This document shows, piece after piece, positions 40,739 through 50,856 of a DNA stretch of 64,000 nucleotides. The stretch is from Methanotrichaceae archaeon (lineage in GTDB: Archaea > Halobacteriota > Methanosarcinia > Methanotrichales > Methanotrichaceae). Position numbers and translations under genes: made by a program. The DNA lies in the NCBI GenBank assembly GCA_963813075.1, contig CAWEXU010000013.1, positions 32,001 to 96,000 of the forward strand, in the 5' to 3' direction. The notes beneath the pieces are model-generated. The model worked only from the letters and a program-made list of their open reading frames with translations, was not told the DNA's origin and did no database searches. Positions within the stretch are counted from its first letter, which is position 1. Each line of letters begins with the position of its first letter.

Positions 40739-42043
40739 GTGTCTGATAAGATAGACCTATATAGCGACCGCGGAGTTCTTTTGAAGAGCGACGTCGACCT
40801 GAGCGCCGTCAGCCCTCTCAAGAATGCGGCCATGCAGAGACTTATTTCTCTCACAAAGCGAACTGTAGCCGTCAATCTGGCTGGCATCGAAGGCGCCTTG
40901 AAGACTGGAAAGGTAGCCGGAGGACGCAGGCAGATCAAGGGACGGGAGCTCAACTACGATGTTGTTGCCAATGCAGGTGCCCTGGCTGAAAAGATCAAAT
41001 CCCTGCTCCAGGTTGCCGCCGGCGATGACACCAACGTCCAGATTCTGGGCGGCGGCAAGCAGTTGCTCGTCCAGGTCCCCACCGCAAGGGTCAACGCTGC
41101 ATCTGAGTTCGTTGTCGGATTGACTGGCGCAGCAGCAGCCACAACCGAGGCTCTGATCCAGCAGTTCAAAGCTACACTTATTGAAGCACCCATGATCCAT
41201 GCTTCCGTCTGGGGCGAGTACCCACAGACAGTGGGCATGTCTGGCGGAAACGTTGCATCCGTTCTTAACATCCCCCAGAACGACGAAGGTCTGGGCTTTG
41301 CTCTCAGGAACGTCATGGCTAACCACCTGGCAATGATCACCAAGAGGAACGCCATGAACGCCGCTGCTCTTGCCTCTATCTACGAGCAGATCGGCGAGAT
41401 GGAGATGGGCAATGCTATGGGCATATTCGAGCGCCACCAGCTCCTGGGCATGGCATACCAGGGCCTGAACGCCAACAACATGGTCTATGAGACCGTCAAG
41501 GCTAACGGCAAGACTGGAACCATCGGCACAGTAGTGCAGAGCATTGTTGGAAAGGCCATTGAGGACAAGGTCATCAAGGCCGGCAAGAAGCTGCCCTCTG
41601 GCTACGTCATGTACGAGGCCAACGATGTCTCCAAGTGGAATGCCTACGCCGCTGCAGGCGTCCTGGCAGCCACCATGGTCAACTGCGGCTCTCTCAGAGG
41701 CGCTCAGGCTGTGTCCTCGACACTGCTTTACTTCAACGATATCATTGAGAAAGAGACCGCCTTGCCCGGATGCGACTTCGGCAGGGTAATGGGAACGGCT
41801 GTGGGCTTCTCGTTCTTCAGCCACTCTATCTACGGCGGCGGCGGCCCCGGTGTATTCAACGGCAACCACGTGGTAACCAGGCACTCCAGAGGATTTGCCA
41901 TACCCTGCGTGGCTGCAGCAGTAGCACTGGATGCCGGCACCCAGATGTTCACACCTGAAATGACATCTGGACTGGTTGGTGCTATTTACGGAGAGATCAA
42001 AGAGTTCCGTGAGCCGATCGTATCGGTTGCGGAGGCTGTGTAA
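40739..42043 (+). CDS. mcrB: Methyl-coenzyme M reductase beta subunit
   Basis: SDKIDLYSDRG, GFSFFSHSIYGGGGPGVFNGNHVVTRH. Confidence 0.99.
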   Translation: MSDKIDLYSDRGVLLKSDVDLSAVSPLKNAAMQRLISLTKRTVAVNLAGIEGALKTGKVAGGRRQIKGRELNYDVVANAGALAEKIKSLLQVAAGDDTNVQILGGGKQLLVQVPTARVNAASEFVVGLTGAAAATTEALIQQFKATLIEAPMIHASVWGEYPQTVGMSGGNVASVLNIPQNDEGLGFALRNVMANHLAMITKRNAMNAAALASIYEQIGEMEMGNAMGIFERHQLLGMAYQGLNANNMVYETVKANGKTGTIGTVVQSIVGKAIEDKVIKAGKKLPSGYVMYEANDVSKWNAYAAAGVLAATMVNCGSLRGAQAVSSTLLYFNDIIEKETALPGCDFGRVMGTAVGFSFFSHSIYGGGGPGVFNGNHVVTRHSRGFAIPCVAAAVALDAGTQMFTPEMTSGLVGAIYGEIKEFREPIVSVAEAV

Positions 42044-42054
42044 AGGCGGAAGAA

Positions 42055-42558
42055 ATGGTCACGGAATCAGACACGGAATCGATACAGGTAGAAATAACCC
42101 CCAGCAGATTTCTGATGCCGGCAACGGCTCAGAAGCTGCTGAACGAGATCTATGGAAATGGGGGCATCATCAGGATCACGATCCATGGCCCCAATCTTCC
42201 TAGAAGCGTGCCCTATGGCCCTGGAAAGGGCTCCCCCATAGATGAGAACAGAGATCTTCTCATCGAGGTGGGCGGGCAGGCCTTTGAACTCAGCGTAAAG
42301 GTAGGAAGGATCAGGCTTGAGCTGGAGAGCGAGAAATACTATGAGGGTCTAAAGGCAGCGTGTGAGCGAGCGCTGTCCATATCCTTCCAGATCAGACGCG
42401 GCAAGTTCTTTCATACCAGGCAAACCATCACCGATTATGCCAAGTATGGCACGGTGGAGGACACGCGCATCTTAGGGCTTATCGATCCCAAGGCCAAACA
42501 AGATAGATTGGCCATACTGTCTGAGGAAAACGTGGCCGTTCATGATGAGGAGAGATAA
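42055..42558 (+). CDS. mcrD: MCR operon protein D
   Basis: HGPNLPRSVPYGPGKG, L.VKVGRI, TITDYAKYG. Confidence 0.95.
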   Translation: MVTESDTESIQVEITPSRFLMPATAQKLLNEIYGNGGIIRITIHGPNLPRSVPYGPGKGSPIDENRDLLIEVGGQAFELSVKVGRIRLELESEKYYEGLKAACERALSISFQIRRGKFFHTRQTITDYAKYGTVEDTRILGLIDPKAKQDRLAILSEENVAVHDEER

Positions 42559-42561
42559 AAT

Positions 42562-43329
42562 ATGGCATACACACCACAATATTATCCCGGAAGCACCTCT
42601 GTTGGCATCAACAGAAGGAAGCATATGTCCGGCAACCTCGAGAAGCTCAGAGATATTCCCGAAGCTGATGTCGTAGCAGTTATGGGTCACAGGGCCCCTG
42701 GTGCTGACTACTCAAGCACTCACCCACCTCTCAAAGAGATGGGCGAGCCAGACTGTCCCATAAGACAGATCGTCGCCCCAACAGCAGGCGCTGCTGCAGG
42801 TGACCGTGTACGGTACTCCCAGTGGACCGATTCCATGTATTTCGCACCATCCATCCCATACTGGAGATCCTATTGGGGAGCCATCAACTGCAAGGGCTGC
42901 GATCCAGGCACTCTATCCGGCAGACAGATCATCGAGGCCAGGGAGAGAGATATTGAGGCCTACACCAAGGCTCAGTACGATAGCGAGATGACCGATGTCG
43001 CCCTCTGTTCCATGAGGGGCTGCACTGTGCACGGCCACTCCTTGAGGCTGGAAGAGAACGGAATGCAGTTCGATATGCTGGCCAGGACAGAGATGGGCAA
43101 GGACGGAAACGTCTATGCTGTCAAGGACCAGGTCGGCATTCCATTGGACAGAAAGATCAATCTGGGCAAGCCCATGACCGAGGCTGAGGCCAAGAAGAGA
43201 ACCACTATCTTCAGGGCAGACGGCATTCCCATGTGCGGAAAGGTCGGCGCCAGGAAGTACGATGAGGCAGTTGATGCGCTTCATCATATGTGGGAGCTGC
43301 GCAGCAAGTGGGGATTCAGGCCGGAGTAA
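42562..43329 (+). CDS. mcrG: Methyl-coenzyme M reductase gamma subunit
   Basis: PQYYPG, GHRAPG, DPGTLSGRQIIEARE, VHGHSLRL. Confidence 0.99.
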   Translation: MAYTPQYYPGSTSVGINRRKHMSGNLEKLRDIPEADVVAVMGHRAPGADYSSTHPPLKEMGEPDCPIRQIVAPTAGAAAGDRVRYSQWTDSMYFAPSIPYWRSYWGAINCKGCDPGTLSGRQIIEARERDIEAYTKAQYDSEMTDVALCSMRGCTVHGHSLRLEENGMQFDMLARTEMGKDGNVYAVKDQVGIPLDRKINLGKPMTEAEAKKRTTIFRADGIPMCGKVGARKYDEAVDALHHMWELRSKWGFRPE

Positions 43330-43344
43330 GCTGGGGTGATATAA

Positions 43345-45024
43345 ATGGCAGTTAAACACACAAAGAAACTATTCGTAAGAGCACTTAACAAGAAGTTCGG
43401 AAAGGATTTCGACCTCGCAGGCCAGAAGACCGAGTACAAGAGACTGGGCCCTGAGCAGAACGCCCGCAAGCGGGAATTCATGGAGTACGCCAAGAAGCTA
43501 GAGGGCAAGCGCGGCATGACCGGCTACAACCCCTATGTGCACGCTGGCGGTATTCCCCTGGGACAGAGGCAGCTCGTACCCTACAAGCTCTCCGGAACTG
43601 AGTATGTGGTAGAGGGCGACGACCTGCACTTCGTCAACAATCCAGCCATGCAGCAGATGTGGGATGATGTCAGAAGGACCATTGTGGTCGGTCTGGACAT
43701 GGCCCATGAGGTGCTGCAGAAGAGGTTGGGCAAGGAAGTCACACCTGAGACCATCAACAACTACCTGGAGATCCTCAACCACGCCATGCCCGGCGCAGCC
43801 GTGGTCCAGGAGCACATGGTGGAGACCCACCCCGGCCTGGTAGATGACTGCAACGTCCGTGTCTTCTCTGGAGACGATGCCCTGGCTGACGAGATCGATG
43901 ACCAGTACCTGATCGACATCAACAAGATGTTCCCCGCCGAGCAGGCAGAGGCCCTCAAGGCCGCTATCGGCAAGACATCCTGGCAGGCCATCCACGTCCC
44001 GACCATTGTGGTCAGGTCCTGCGACGGCGGCACCACCTCCAGGTGGAGCGCCATGCAGCTGTGTATGACCTTCATCGATGCCTACAACATGTGCGCCGGT
44101 GAGGCCGCTGTGGCTGACCTGGCCTACGCCGCCAAGCACGCTGCTGTTCTGCAGATGTCCGAGATGCTGCCCGCAAGGCGCGCTCGCGGACCCAACAACC
44201 CCGGCGGACTGTCCTTCGGATTCCTGGCCGATATGGTCCAGACCTCCCGTGTGGCCGCAGCCGATCCAGTGAAGGTCTCCCTGAACGTAGTCGCCGCAGG
44301 CGCTGCGCTCTATGACCAGATCTGGCTGGGAAGCTACATGTCCGGCGGTGTCGGATTCACCCAGTACGCCACTGCAGCCTACACCAACGATGTCCTGGAC
44401 GACTTCTGCTACTACGGCGTCGACTTCGCCAACGACAAGTTCGGCGGATTCGCCAAGGCACCCAAGCTGCTGGATACCGCCAAGGAGCTGGCCACTGAGG
44501 TCAACGCCTACGGTATGGAGCAGTATGAGGCATACCCGACCCTGCTCGAGGATCACTTCGGTGGATCCCAGAGAGCTTCCGTTCTGGCAGCCGCATCCGG
44601 TATCACCTCCGCCATCGCCTCTGGCCACAGCCAGGTAGGCCTTGCCGGCTGGTACCTCTCCATGCTCCTGCACAAGGAAGGCTGGGGACGCCTGGGCTTC
44701 TTCGGCTACGACCTGCAGGATCAGTGCGGTCCAACCAACGTATTCTCCTACCAGTCAGACGAGGGCAATCCACTCGAGCTGAGGGGTGCTAACTACCCCA
44801 ACTACGCCATGAACGTAGGACACCAGGGCGAGTACGCCGGCATCTCCAGCGCCGCACACGCAGGCCGCATGGATGCTTTCGCCGTGAACCCATTGATCAA
44901 GGTAACCTTCTCCAACCCCGGCATGGTATTCGACTGGGCAGATGTCCGCGCTTGCTTCGGCAAGGGTGGAGCCCGCGAGTTCCGCGCTGCAGGCGACAGG
45001 TCCCTGGTCATGCCAGCTGTGTAG
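43345..45024 (+). CDS. mcrA: Methyl-coenzyme M reductase alpha subunit
   Basis: [53 protein letters not shown]. Confidence 0.99.
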   Translation: MAVKHTKKLFVRALNKKFGKDFDLAGQKTEYKRLGPEQNARKREFMEYAKKLEGKRGMTGYNPYVHAGGIPLGQRQLVPYKLSGTEYVVEGDDLHFVNNPAMQQMWDDVRRTIVVGLDMAHEVLQKRLGKEVTPETINNYLEILNHAMPGAAVVQEHMVETHPGLVDDCNVRVFSGDDALADEIDDQYLIDINKMFPAEQAEALKAAIGKTSWQAIHVPTIVVRSCDGGTTSRWSAMQLCMTFIDAYNMCAGEAAVADLAYAAKHAAVLQMSEMLPARRARGPNNPGGLSFGFLADMVQTSRVAAADPVKVSLNVVAAGAALYDQIWLGSYMSGGVGFTQYATAAYTNDVLDDFCYYGVDFANDKFGGFAKAPKLLDTAKELATEVNAYGMEQYEAYPTLLEDHFGGSQRASVLAAASGITSAIASGHSQVGLAGWYLSMLLHKEGWGRLGFFGYDLQDQCGPTNVFSYQSDEGNPLELRGANYPNYAMNVGHQGEYAGISSAAHAGRMDAFAVNPLIKVTFSNPGMVFDWADVRACFGKGGAREFRAAGDRSLVMPAV

Positions 45025-45040
45025 GTCAAGAGACCTACAA

Positions 45041-45061
45041 CTTTTTTCTCTTTTTTTGGTT
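45041..45061 (+). terminator. Oligo-T terminator after mcrA
   Basis: CTTTTTTCTCTTTTTTTGGTT 16 nt after the stop. Confidence 0.7.
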
Positions 45062-45246
45062 CTTAAAATACTAAAAATGCGCCATTGTTATTGTTAATTC
45101 TTAGAAACAGTATTTGTAGTTCGCCTCAGATACCTCCCTCATATGAGTGGTTGATGCGTTTAAGGAGGGTGGGCCGACACATCTTCTCTCTGAGCGAATC
45201 TCCTCAGGTGGAAATTGTGTCGGCTTTTTTAATGATTTTGGCTGAT

Positions 45247-46138
45247 TTATGCCGTACCCTCGCCCTGCAGTCGAGCCAAAATCGACTTTACGATCTCCTC
45301 GAATGCCTTAGCGGCGGGGGTTTTACTATTGGCGAAGGTCTTTCCCATATCTCCTAAGCTTCCAATCTCTGTATCCAGAGGGATGGCTCCCAGGAACGGC
45401 ACGCCCAGCTCCCTGTGCAGCTGATTGTCCTCCGCCGGTTTTGAAGACATCTATCTTCTGGCCGCAATGGGGGCAGATCAATCCGCTCATGTTCTCCACG
45501 ATTCCCAGCATTGGCACATTCATCATCAGGAACATGTTGACCGCTTTCCGGGAATCCAGAAGCGCGACCTCCTGGGGGGTGGTGACGACGATCGCTCCGT
45601 CAAGGGCGGGTATCAGCTGGGCAATGCTTATGGGCTCATCGCTGGTCCCTGGGGGCAGGTCCACTAACAGAAAGTCCAGGTCGCCCCAGTTGACCTCTCC
45701 TATGAACTGCTTTAAGGCCGCCATCTTCATGGGGCCCCGCCAGACCACGGGCGAGTCCCGGCTCTGCAGGAGAAGGGCCATGGAGATGGCCTTGATCCCA
45801 TCAGCATCCGCCGGCTCAAGGCCCGATGGGCCGGCCATGAGCTTCTGGTCCTCGATTCCCAGGAGCTTGGGTATATCCGGGCCGGTGATATCGCCGTCCA
45901 GGATGCCCACCTTATAGCCCAGGCTTCTTAGGGCGGCTGCCAGGTTCACGGTGACGGTGCTCTTTCCCACGCCGCCTTTTCCGCTTGCGATCACAATCTT
46001 ATGTTTGATCCTTTTCATGCGGCTCTCTGTCTCGACCTGCTGGGCTCTGGGGTCGTCACAGCTTTTCTTCTCCGCGCATGAGCTGCAGACGCCCTCGCAG
46101 CTATCTTTATCGTTTTTATTTGAAGTGGATGGATTCAT
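45247..46138 (-). CDS. Mrp/NBP35 Fe-S cluster carrier ATPase (one frameshift)
   Basis: SGKGGVGKST, VVWRGPMK, DLPPGTSDE, ENMSGLICPHCG; tail continues in ORF 45247-45450. Confidence 0.92.
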
Positions 46139-46266
46139 GTCAACACCATAACATCTATTATTGCCGATTTCTTCTTCTTCTCAGCAGAAATATGAGCCTA
46201 TGAGACCTTCTATTTAATTCTTTTCAGAGATAGCATTAAATCTGATAGGGACAATGATGGCTAAAG

Positions 46267-46717
46267 GTGAGAACTATGATGTATGGCAGAATTCTTCTTC
46301 CCCTGATATGCGCCGCCCTTTTGCTCCTGGTCGGCTCTTCTGCAGCCGACTGGCTGGAAGGGGGATATGTAGGGTCGATCGATCGCAATGAGATATTGCC
46401 CTATTTCTCAGATCCGATATTTTATATGCCCATTCCATCCTACAGTCAGAGCTACCCTTATCGTTCGCAGTATTACAATTACTCCCGGCCTGTAATCCAG
46501 CTTGGCAAGTATCCATATTCGGGATACCTGGGGGACATATCCTGGGGGTGAATATCCTCTCAGCGAGGAGCCTCGCAGCTCTGAGTTCAGGCAGAGTTCG
46601 CTGGCCAGCATGCAGTGGACGCCCTTCCAGAAGAACTGGACTGAGACGGTGAGCTATGCGAAAACCAGCTCCTCTCTCCGGGTGTTTCAGGGTGGAGAAT
46701 GGAAGACCGCTTTATGA
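46267..46717 (+). CDS. Secreted Tyr-rich hypothetical protein (frameshifted)
   Basis: Signal peptide, then PYFSDPIFY; continues in ORF 46502-46717. Confidence 0.6.
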
Positions 46718-46764
46718 TGGGATAATTGATCTATCTACCCACGACAAAAAGGAGCGAGAGAAGC

Positions 46765-47265
46765 TCAGTCCCTTTCCACGAGTGCTGAATCAGATTCAGA
46801 TTGGGACTGGGCTTTCCGGTTTGTTTCAGGCATTTTTTCCCCTTTCAGTGTCTCCAATTTGGTGCTGAGGTATTCCAGCCTTAACCCAAGGAGAGCGATC
46901 TCCCTTTCCATGAGCGTCATCTCCTTCTGGTGCTCCTGGGACTCCGCGGCAGTTGATCCTTCCTCCCCTCGCAGGGCAAAGCTGCCTCCCTCGATTCTCA
47001 GGCCCATCCCGTAGACCAGGGCGGCAGCGATCTTCTTTCTGGCATTCATCAGGTCGTTCCAGAAGGCTTTCCTGGAGATGCCCATATAGAATGCTGCTTC
47101 CTGCTGGTCCAGGTCCAGGAGGTCCACCAGCCGCACCGTCTCCAGCTCCTCTAAGGTTATGGAGACGGCCTCCACTCTGGGGCAGCCATCGGGCAAAAAG
47201 CAGCGCACCGAGGGCACCTCTGATATCCAGCGCCTGCCCCTTCTTCTTCCTCTACAGGGAGACAT
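46765..47265 (-). CDS. DUF134 (UPF0251) HTH protein
   Basis: EELETVRLVDL..LDQQEAA..MGISR..LMNARKKIA.AL. Confidence 0.85.
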   Translation of the reverse strand: MSPCRGRRRGRRWISEVPSVRCFLPDGCPRVEAVSITLEELETVRLVDLLDLDQQEAAFYMGISRKAFWNDLMNARKKIAAALVYGMGLRIEGGSFALRGEEGSTAAESQEHQKEMTLMEREIALLGLRLEYLSTKLETLKGEKMPETNRKAQSQSESDSALVERD

Positions 47266-47585
47266 GGCTCTTGTTATGCAAGGAGCGGTATTTCAACCTT
47301 GCGAACAGAAAGTTTTAAATATATTCTCTCATAGGTTACTATTACTTGGGCTGCATGCATGGTCGGCTCGATGTAAGTCCAAAGGACAATTGAGGTGTAA
47401 AACATATGCCATGGGGAGATTGTACGGGACCCTGGTGGTCGGGCTCCCGCGGGAATCGAGCAGCAGGATATAATCCCTGGTGCCGTCGGGCGGCTGGTTT
47501 CGGCAGAGGCGGCGGCAGGGGATTTGGCCGCTATCCAGGCGAGCCCTTTCGCCAGCTTACGGCCGAAGAGGAGAGAGATTATCTA

Positions 47586-48839
47586 GTGTAGCAGTTCCTA
47601 ATTAACATATCAATACCCCGTCGTCCTTATCGACAACAATCCCTCCCGCCATTTTATCCATTTTGTACTTCCATTTAAATATTGTTGGAGTTTCATTCAT
47701 GTCGTCTATGTATTGACTCATGCGATCCTTCAACTCTTTTTTGGATGATACACGAATCCCCCTCAGCATGCTTCGAGTCATTTTGCTGAATAGGCTCTCG
47801 ATTATATTTAGCCATGAGGCATGTTTTGGTGTAAAGACAAAATGAAAGCGTTGCGGAACTGTTTTGAGATAGCTCTTAGTTTCCTTTGAGGTATGTACAC
47901 TAACATTGTCGAGAATAATAATTATTTTTATATCTTTTGGATAGGCTGAATCGACACATTTTAAGAATTCAACGAACTCCTTACTTCTATGCCTATCGAA
48001 TATCCTATAATGAACTGTGCCTGTCAAAAGATCAATTCCTGCGAGCAGAGATACTGTGCCATGCCTTATATATTCATAATCGCGGGAAAGCGTGGCATAT
48101 TTGCCTAATGCAGGCATTAAATCCAAATATTTATTTTCAATAGCTTGGATTCCCGGCTTCTCATCATATGAAATGATAACCATATCGAGCGGCTTATTTT
48201 CTTTAGACATCTGTTGGAGCAATTCCACCTGCTTATAGGTATGTAGTACAACAACGCTTTTTGACTCAAATTCGGGATCGATTGGAGCAAGGTATGACGA
48301 AATTTTATGGGGCTTAACGTTGCTCGCGCCAAGTATTTTAGAGACTGTGCCACGAGATAACTTTGATAATTCTGGAAAACCATTATCCAAACAATGATTC
48401 CTGATATGTTCTGCTAATAAACGTTGTGTCCATAATTCGTATGGATATCCGTGGTCCTGTGGTTTTGAGCAAGCAAGAGACAGAATCCATGTTCTTGCGC
48501 CTGATGATATTTTTCGCGGTCTGCCGCTTCTTGGTAGATCTTCCAATGCGGCATAAATTCCATAAGCAAAGGCCTTGTCAATCGTACGCTCAACTTTGGG
48601 CCTATTGGTGCCTAAGTCTCGCGCAATTTGCGAAATTGATTTGCGCTCATAGTATTCAAGAAGGATCTTAGCACGCTCAACTGCACTTTCCGGTAGCGTT
48701 CTTGACTTACTAGCTCTATTAACGTACTCAAGATCTTCTTCAGTTAACTGCAAAGCAGGGCGAGCACTCACAAATGGCATGATATCAGATTGGGGTCCTG
48801 GTATTAAAATATTGCTATGTTATTTTGGAAGCTAAGCAC
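47586..48839 (-). mobile_element. IS630-family insertion sequence (1254 bp) with TA duplication
   Basis: TA at 47584-85 and 48840-41; imperfect TIRs GTGTAGCAGTTCCTAATTAACAT / GTGCTTAGCTTCCAAAATAACAT. Confidence 0.93.
47602..48780 (-). CDS. IS630-family transposase
   Basis: RSGRP HTH linker; DDE triad in YDEKP, LDN, WLNIIE. Confidence 0.95.
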   Translation of the reverse strand: MPFVSARPALQLTEEDLEYVNRASKSRTLPESAVERAKILLEYYERKSISQIARDLGTNRPKVERTIDKAFAYGIYAALEDLPRSGRPRKISSGARTWILSLACSKPQDHGYPYELWTQRLLAEHIRNHCLDNGFPELSKLSRGTVSKILGASNVKPHKISSYLAPIDPEFESKSVVVLHTYKQVELLQQMSKENKPLDMVIISYDEKPGIQAIENKYLDLMPALGKYATLSRDYEYIRHGTVSLLAGIDLLTGTVHYRIFDRHRSKEFVEFLKCVDSAYPKDIKIIIILDNVSVHTSKETKSYLKTVPQRFHFVFTPKHASWLNIIESLFSKMTRSMLRGIRVSSKKELKDRMSQYIDDMNETPTIFKWKYKMDKMAGGIVVDKDDGVLIC

Positions 48840-49027
48840 TAGAGACAGTAGCCAGGAATCTGGAGGAAGAGCTAAAATCATTGCGTGCTCAGATCGATAA
48901 GCTGCAGTCCAAGCCTTAATTGGGCTCGGATTGCATTTTATTATAAATTTGATTTTATAGTTTTTTTAATTTTCATTCAGCGGTTTTTATTTGTTATTAT
49001 TATGTGCCTTTGCAGTGGCTATGCAGT

Positions 49028-49381
49028 TTAAGATGACTCCTTATTCGTGGCGTTTTCTGGCACGTAGACCACCTGGCCGCTCTCAAGCTGGTAGGCTGTT
49101 CCCATCCTGGTGCCATGTCCTCCGGCGATCTTCTCGGTCATGTTCAGGACCTGAATCTGGTCCATGTCCTTGATTATGATCTGCATATTGGGGTCGCCCG
49201 GGTTTTTCACAATGGTAACATTGCTTTCGGGCTGGAGAAGCTCAGGGACATTGTAGGAGACCACCAGGGCAAGGAGTAAGGCAACTGCGAAGACCATGGC
49301 CGTATCGAAGAGGTTTGCCACTGCGCTCATGGGATCGCTATCATCTTCTTCCTCCAGCAATCCCAGCCTACGCCTTCTCAT
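49028..49381 (-). CDS. DUF2149 family protein
   Basis: DPMSAVANLFDTAMVFAVALL, VKNPG, G.AYQL..G..VYVPE. Confidence 0.88.
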   Translation of the reverse strand: MRRRRLGLLEEEDDSDPMSAVANLFDTAMVFAVALLLALVVSYNVPELLQPESNVTIVKNPGDPNMQIIIKDMDQIQVLNMTEKIAGGHGTRMGTAYQLESGQVVYVPENATNKESS

Positions 49382-50021
49382 CCCTTCTGCCTCGGATAAG
49401 CTCTATGGCGTACTCCAGGTCGCTGAGATCCTGGCGGTACCACCTGCTTCTGATCACCATCGCTGCATAGCAGATCCCACCCACCACCAGCCCGATAACG
49501 GTGGTGGCAAAGGCGATGACCAGGTTATCTGCCATCGATTTGATATCCCCCTGGGAGAGGCCGATCAGAGCCGGCCCCATGGGAATAAGGGTCCCCATCA
49601 GGCCCAGAATGGGCCCTGCTCGCACTCCGATCCTCAGAGGCTCCAGAGCCCTGGCCATGGACAGCTCGGCATCCTGCAGGATCTTCTCGAACTTGAATTG
49701 AATTAGCCCCTTCTCAATAGATCTGCCCGTCTCTTCCAGCGCCCGGGCGAGCTGAAGGGAGCACTTGCAGCCTCTGAGGGCCATAGAGGCCTCCTTTGGT
49801 CTGCCCTCTCCGATCAGATCAGCCGCTTTCAGGCTGAGCTCCTCCAGCTCCTCTACGGCCCTATGCCGGGTGGTGTATTCATGAATCAGAGAGCCCAAGA
49901 GGGCCAATGACCAGGCGAAAAGGATGATGAGGGCCAGTATGTCCGGGTAGAGAAAGGCGGTAGAGAAGATGTAGAGAATCTGCACGCAGGTCTCATAAAG
50001 GATCAGAAGCTGACCCCCCAT
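49368..50021 (-). CDS. MotA/TolQ/ExbB proton channel family protein
   Basis: GPILGLMGTLIPMGPAL, AFATTVIGL. Confidence 0.9.
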   Translation of the reverse strand: MGGQLLILYETCVQILYIFSTAFLYPDILALIILFAWSLALLGSLIHEYTTRHRAVEELEELSLKAADLIGEGRPKEASMALRGCKCSLQLARALEETGRSIEKGLIQFKFEKILQDAELSMARALEPLRIGVRAGPILGLMGTLIPMGPALIGLSQGDIKSMADNLVIAFATTVIGLVVGGICYAAMVIRSRWYRQDLSDLEYAIELIRGRRDEKA

Positions 50022-50686
50022 CTTCTGGCCAAAAAGCCCATGGCCATTATTGAGAGGATCAGCAGGTATGAGGGGATAGTCTCCGTCAGTTGGCTGCCAG
50101 CGACGAGAAATGAGATCTTCTGGCTCTCAATGTATGCTGGTATGAGCAGGATGGAGAGAATGTAGAACAGGCCGAGAAAGATCATGGCATTCCCCAGGGT
50201 GGAGGGAGAGCCCTGCATCCTTCCCAGAATGGTGGAGAAGGCGGCAATGCTGATGAAAAAGAGCAGGCCCACCAGGGCTCCTGTCTTCCAGGGATCGATA
50301 TCTGCAAGCCCGGCAAGAAAGCTGCAGGAGATGAAGCTGGCTGCCAGGCAGGCGGGACAGGGCATGGACAGTGCCCAGAAGGTCCTGCGGGATATATCAT
50401 GATGATTGCTATTCCATCTCCTGGCGGTCATGACTCCCAGGGCAACGAGCAGCCCCGAGACGATAAGGTGCACCGCCATTCCGGTATTCAAAGCCCCGTC
50501 CAGGGCGTTTTCCGGCATCAGCTCTATGGCCATGCCCATGAAAAGGGAGATCAATAGATACACTGCGGCAATGGAGACCATCTCCCTGCGGCTGAGGCTG
50601 GCCAGGCCACAGCCCAGGCTGACCTTGAGGGCGAATACCATTATTCCGGTCAGCACGCCAGCGATGGTAAGCCAGGTCAGATCCAA
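50003..50686 (-). CDS. DUF2162 family membrane protein
   Basis: Multi-TM protein with PCPAC motif, co-oriented with the ExbB and DUF2149 genes. Confidence 0.8.
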   Translation of the reverse strand: MDLTWLTIAGVLTGIMVFALKVSLGCGLASLSRREMVSIAAVYLLISLFMGMAIELMPENALDGALNTGMAVHLIVSGLLVALGVMTARRWNSNHHDISRRTFWALSMPCPACLAASFISCSFLAGLADIDPWKTGALVGLLFFISIAAFSTILGRMQGSPSTLGNAMIFLGLFYILSILLIPAYIESQKISFLVAGSQLTETIPSYLLILSIMAMGFLARRWGVSF

Positions 50687-50856
50687 TTAAGACACCTGCT
50701 AAAGTTAGCTGATTCGAAGGCAACTTCATTGGATTTAACTCTTGCGCAACTTTAGAGGTTCAATATCAATTCAACTTGATAATGAGCATTGAACGCAGTG
50801 AGGACCTTCCCAGGAAAAGCTTTAATTAAACTTAATTTGTATTAACTAAAAAATCA

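Larger units (their letters stand above)
47406..48919 (+). pseudogene. DUF5320-like gene (MPWGDCTGP...) interrupted by IS630
   Basis: Removing the IS and one TA restores ...EERDYLETVARNLEEELKSLRAQIDKLQSKP*. Confidence 0.85.

Noticed and set aside
40757..44673. 375-aa and 391-aa antisense ORFs over mcrB and mcrA
   Set aside because: Shadow ORFs from strong codon bias in highly expressed genes.
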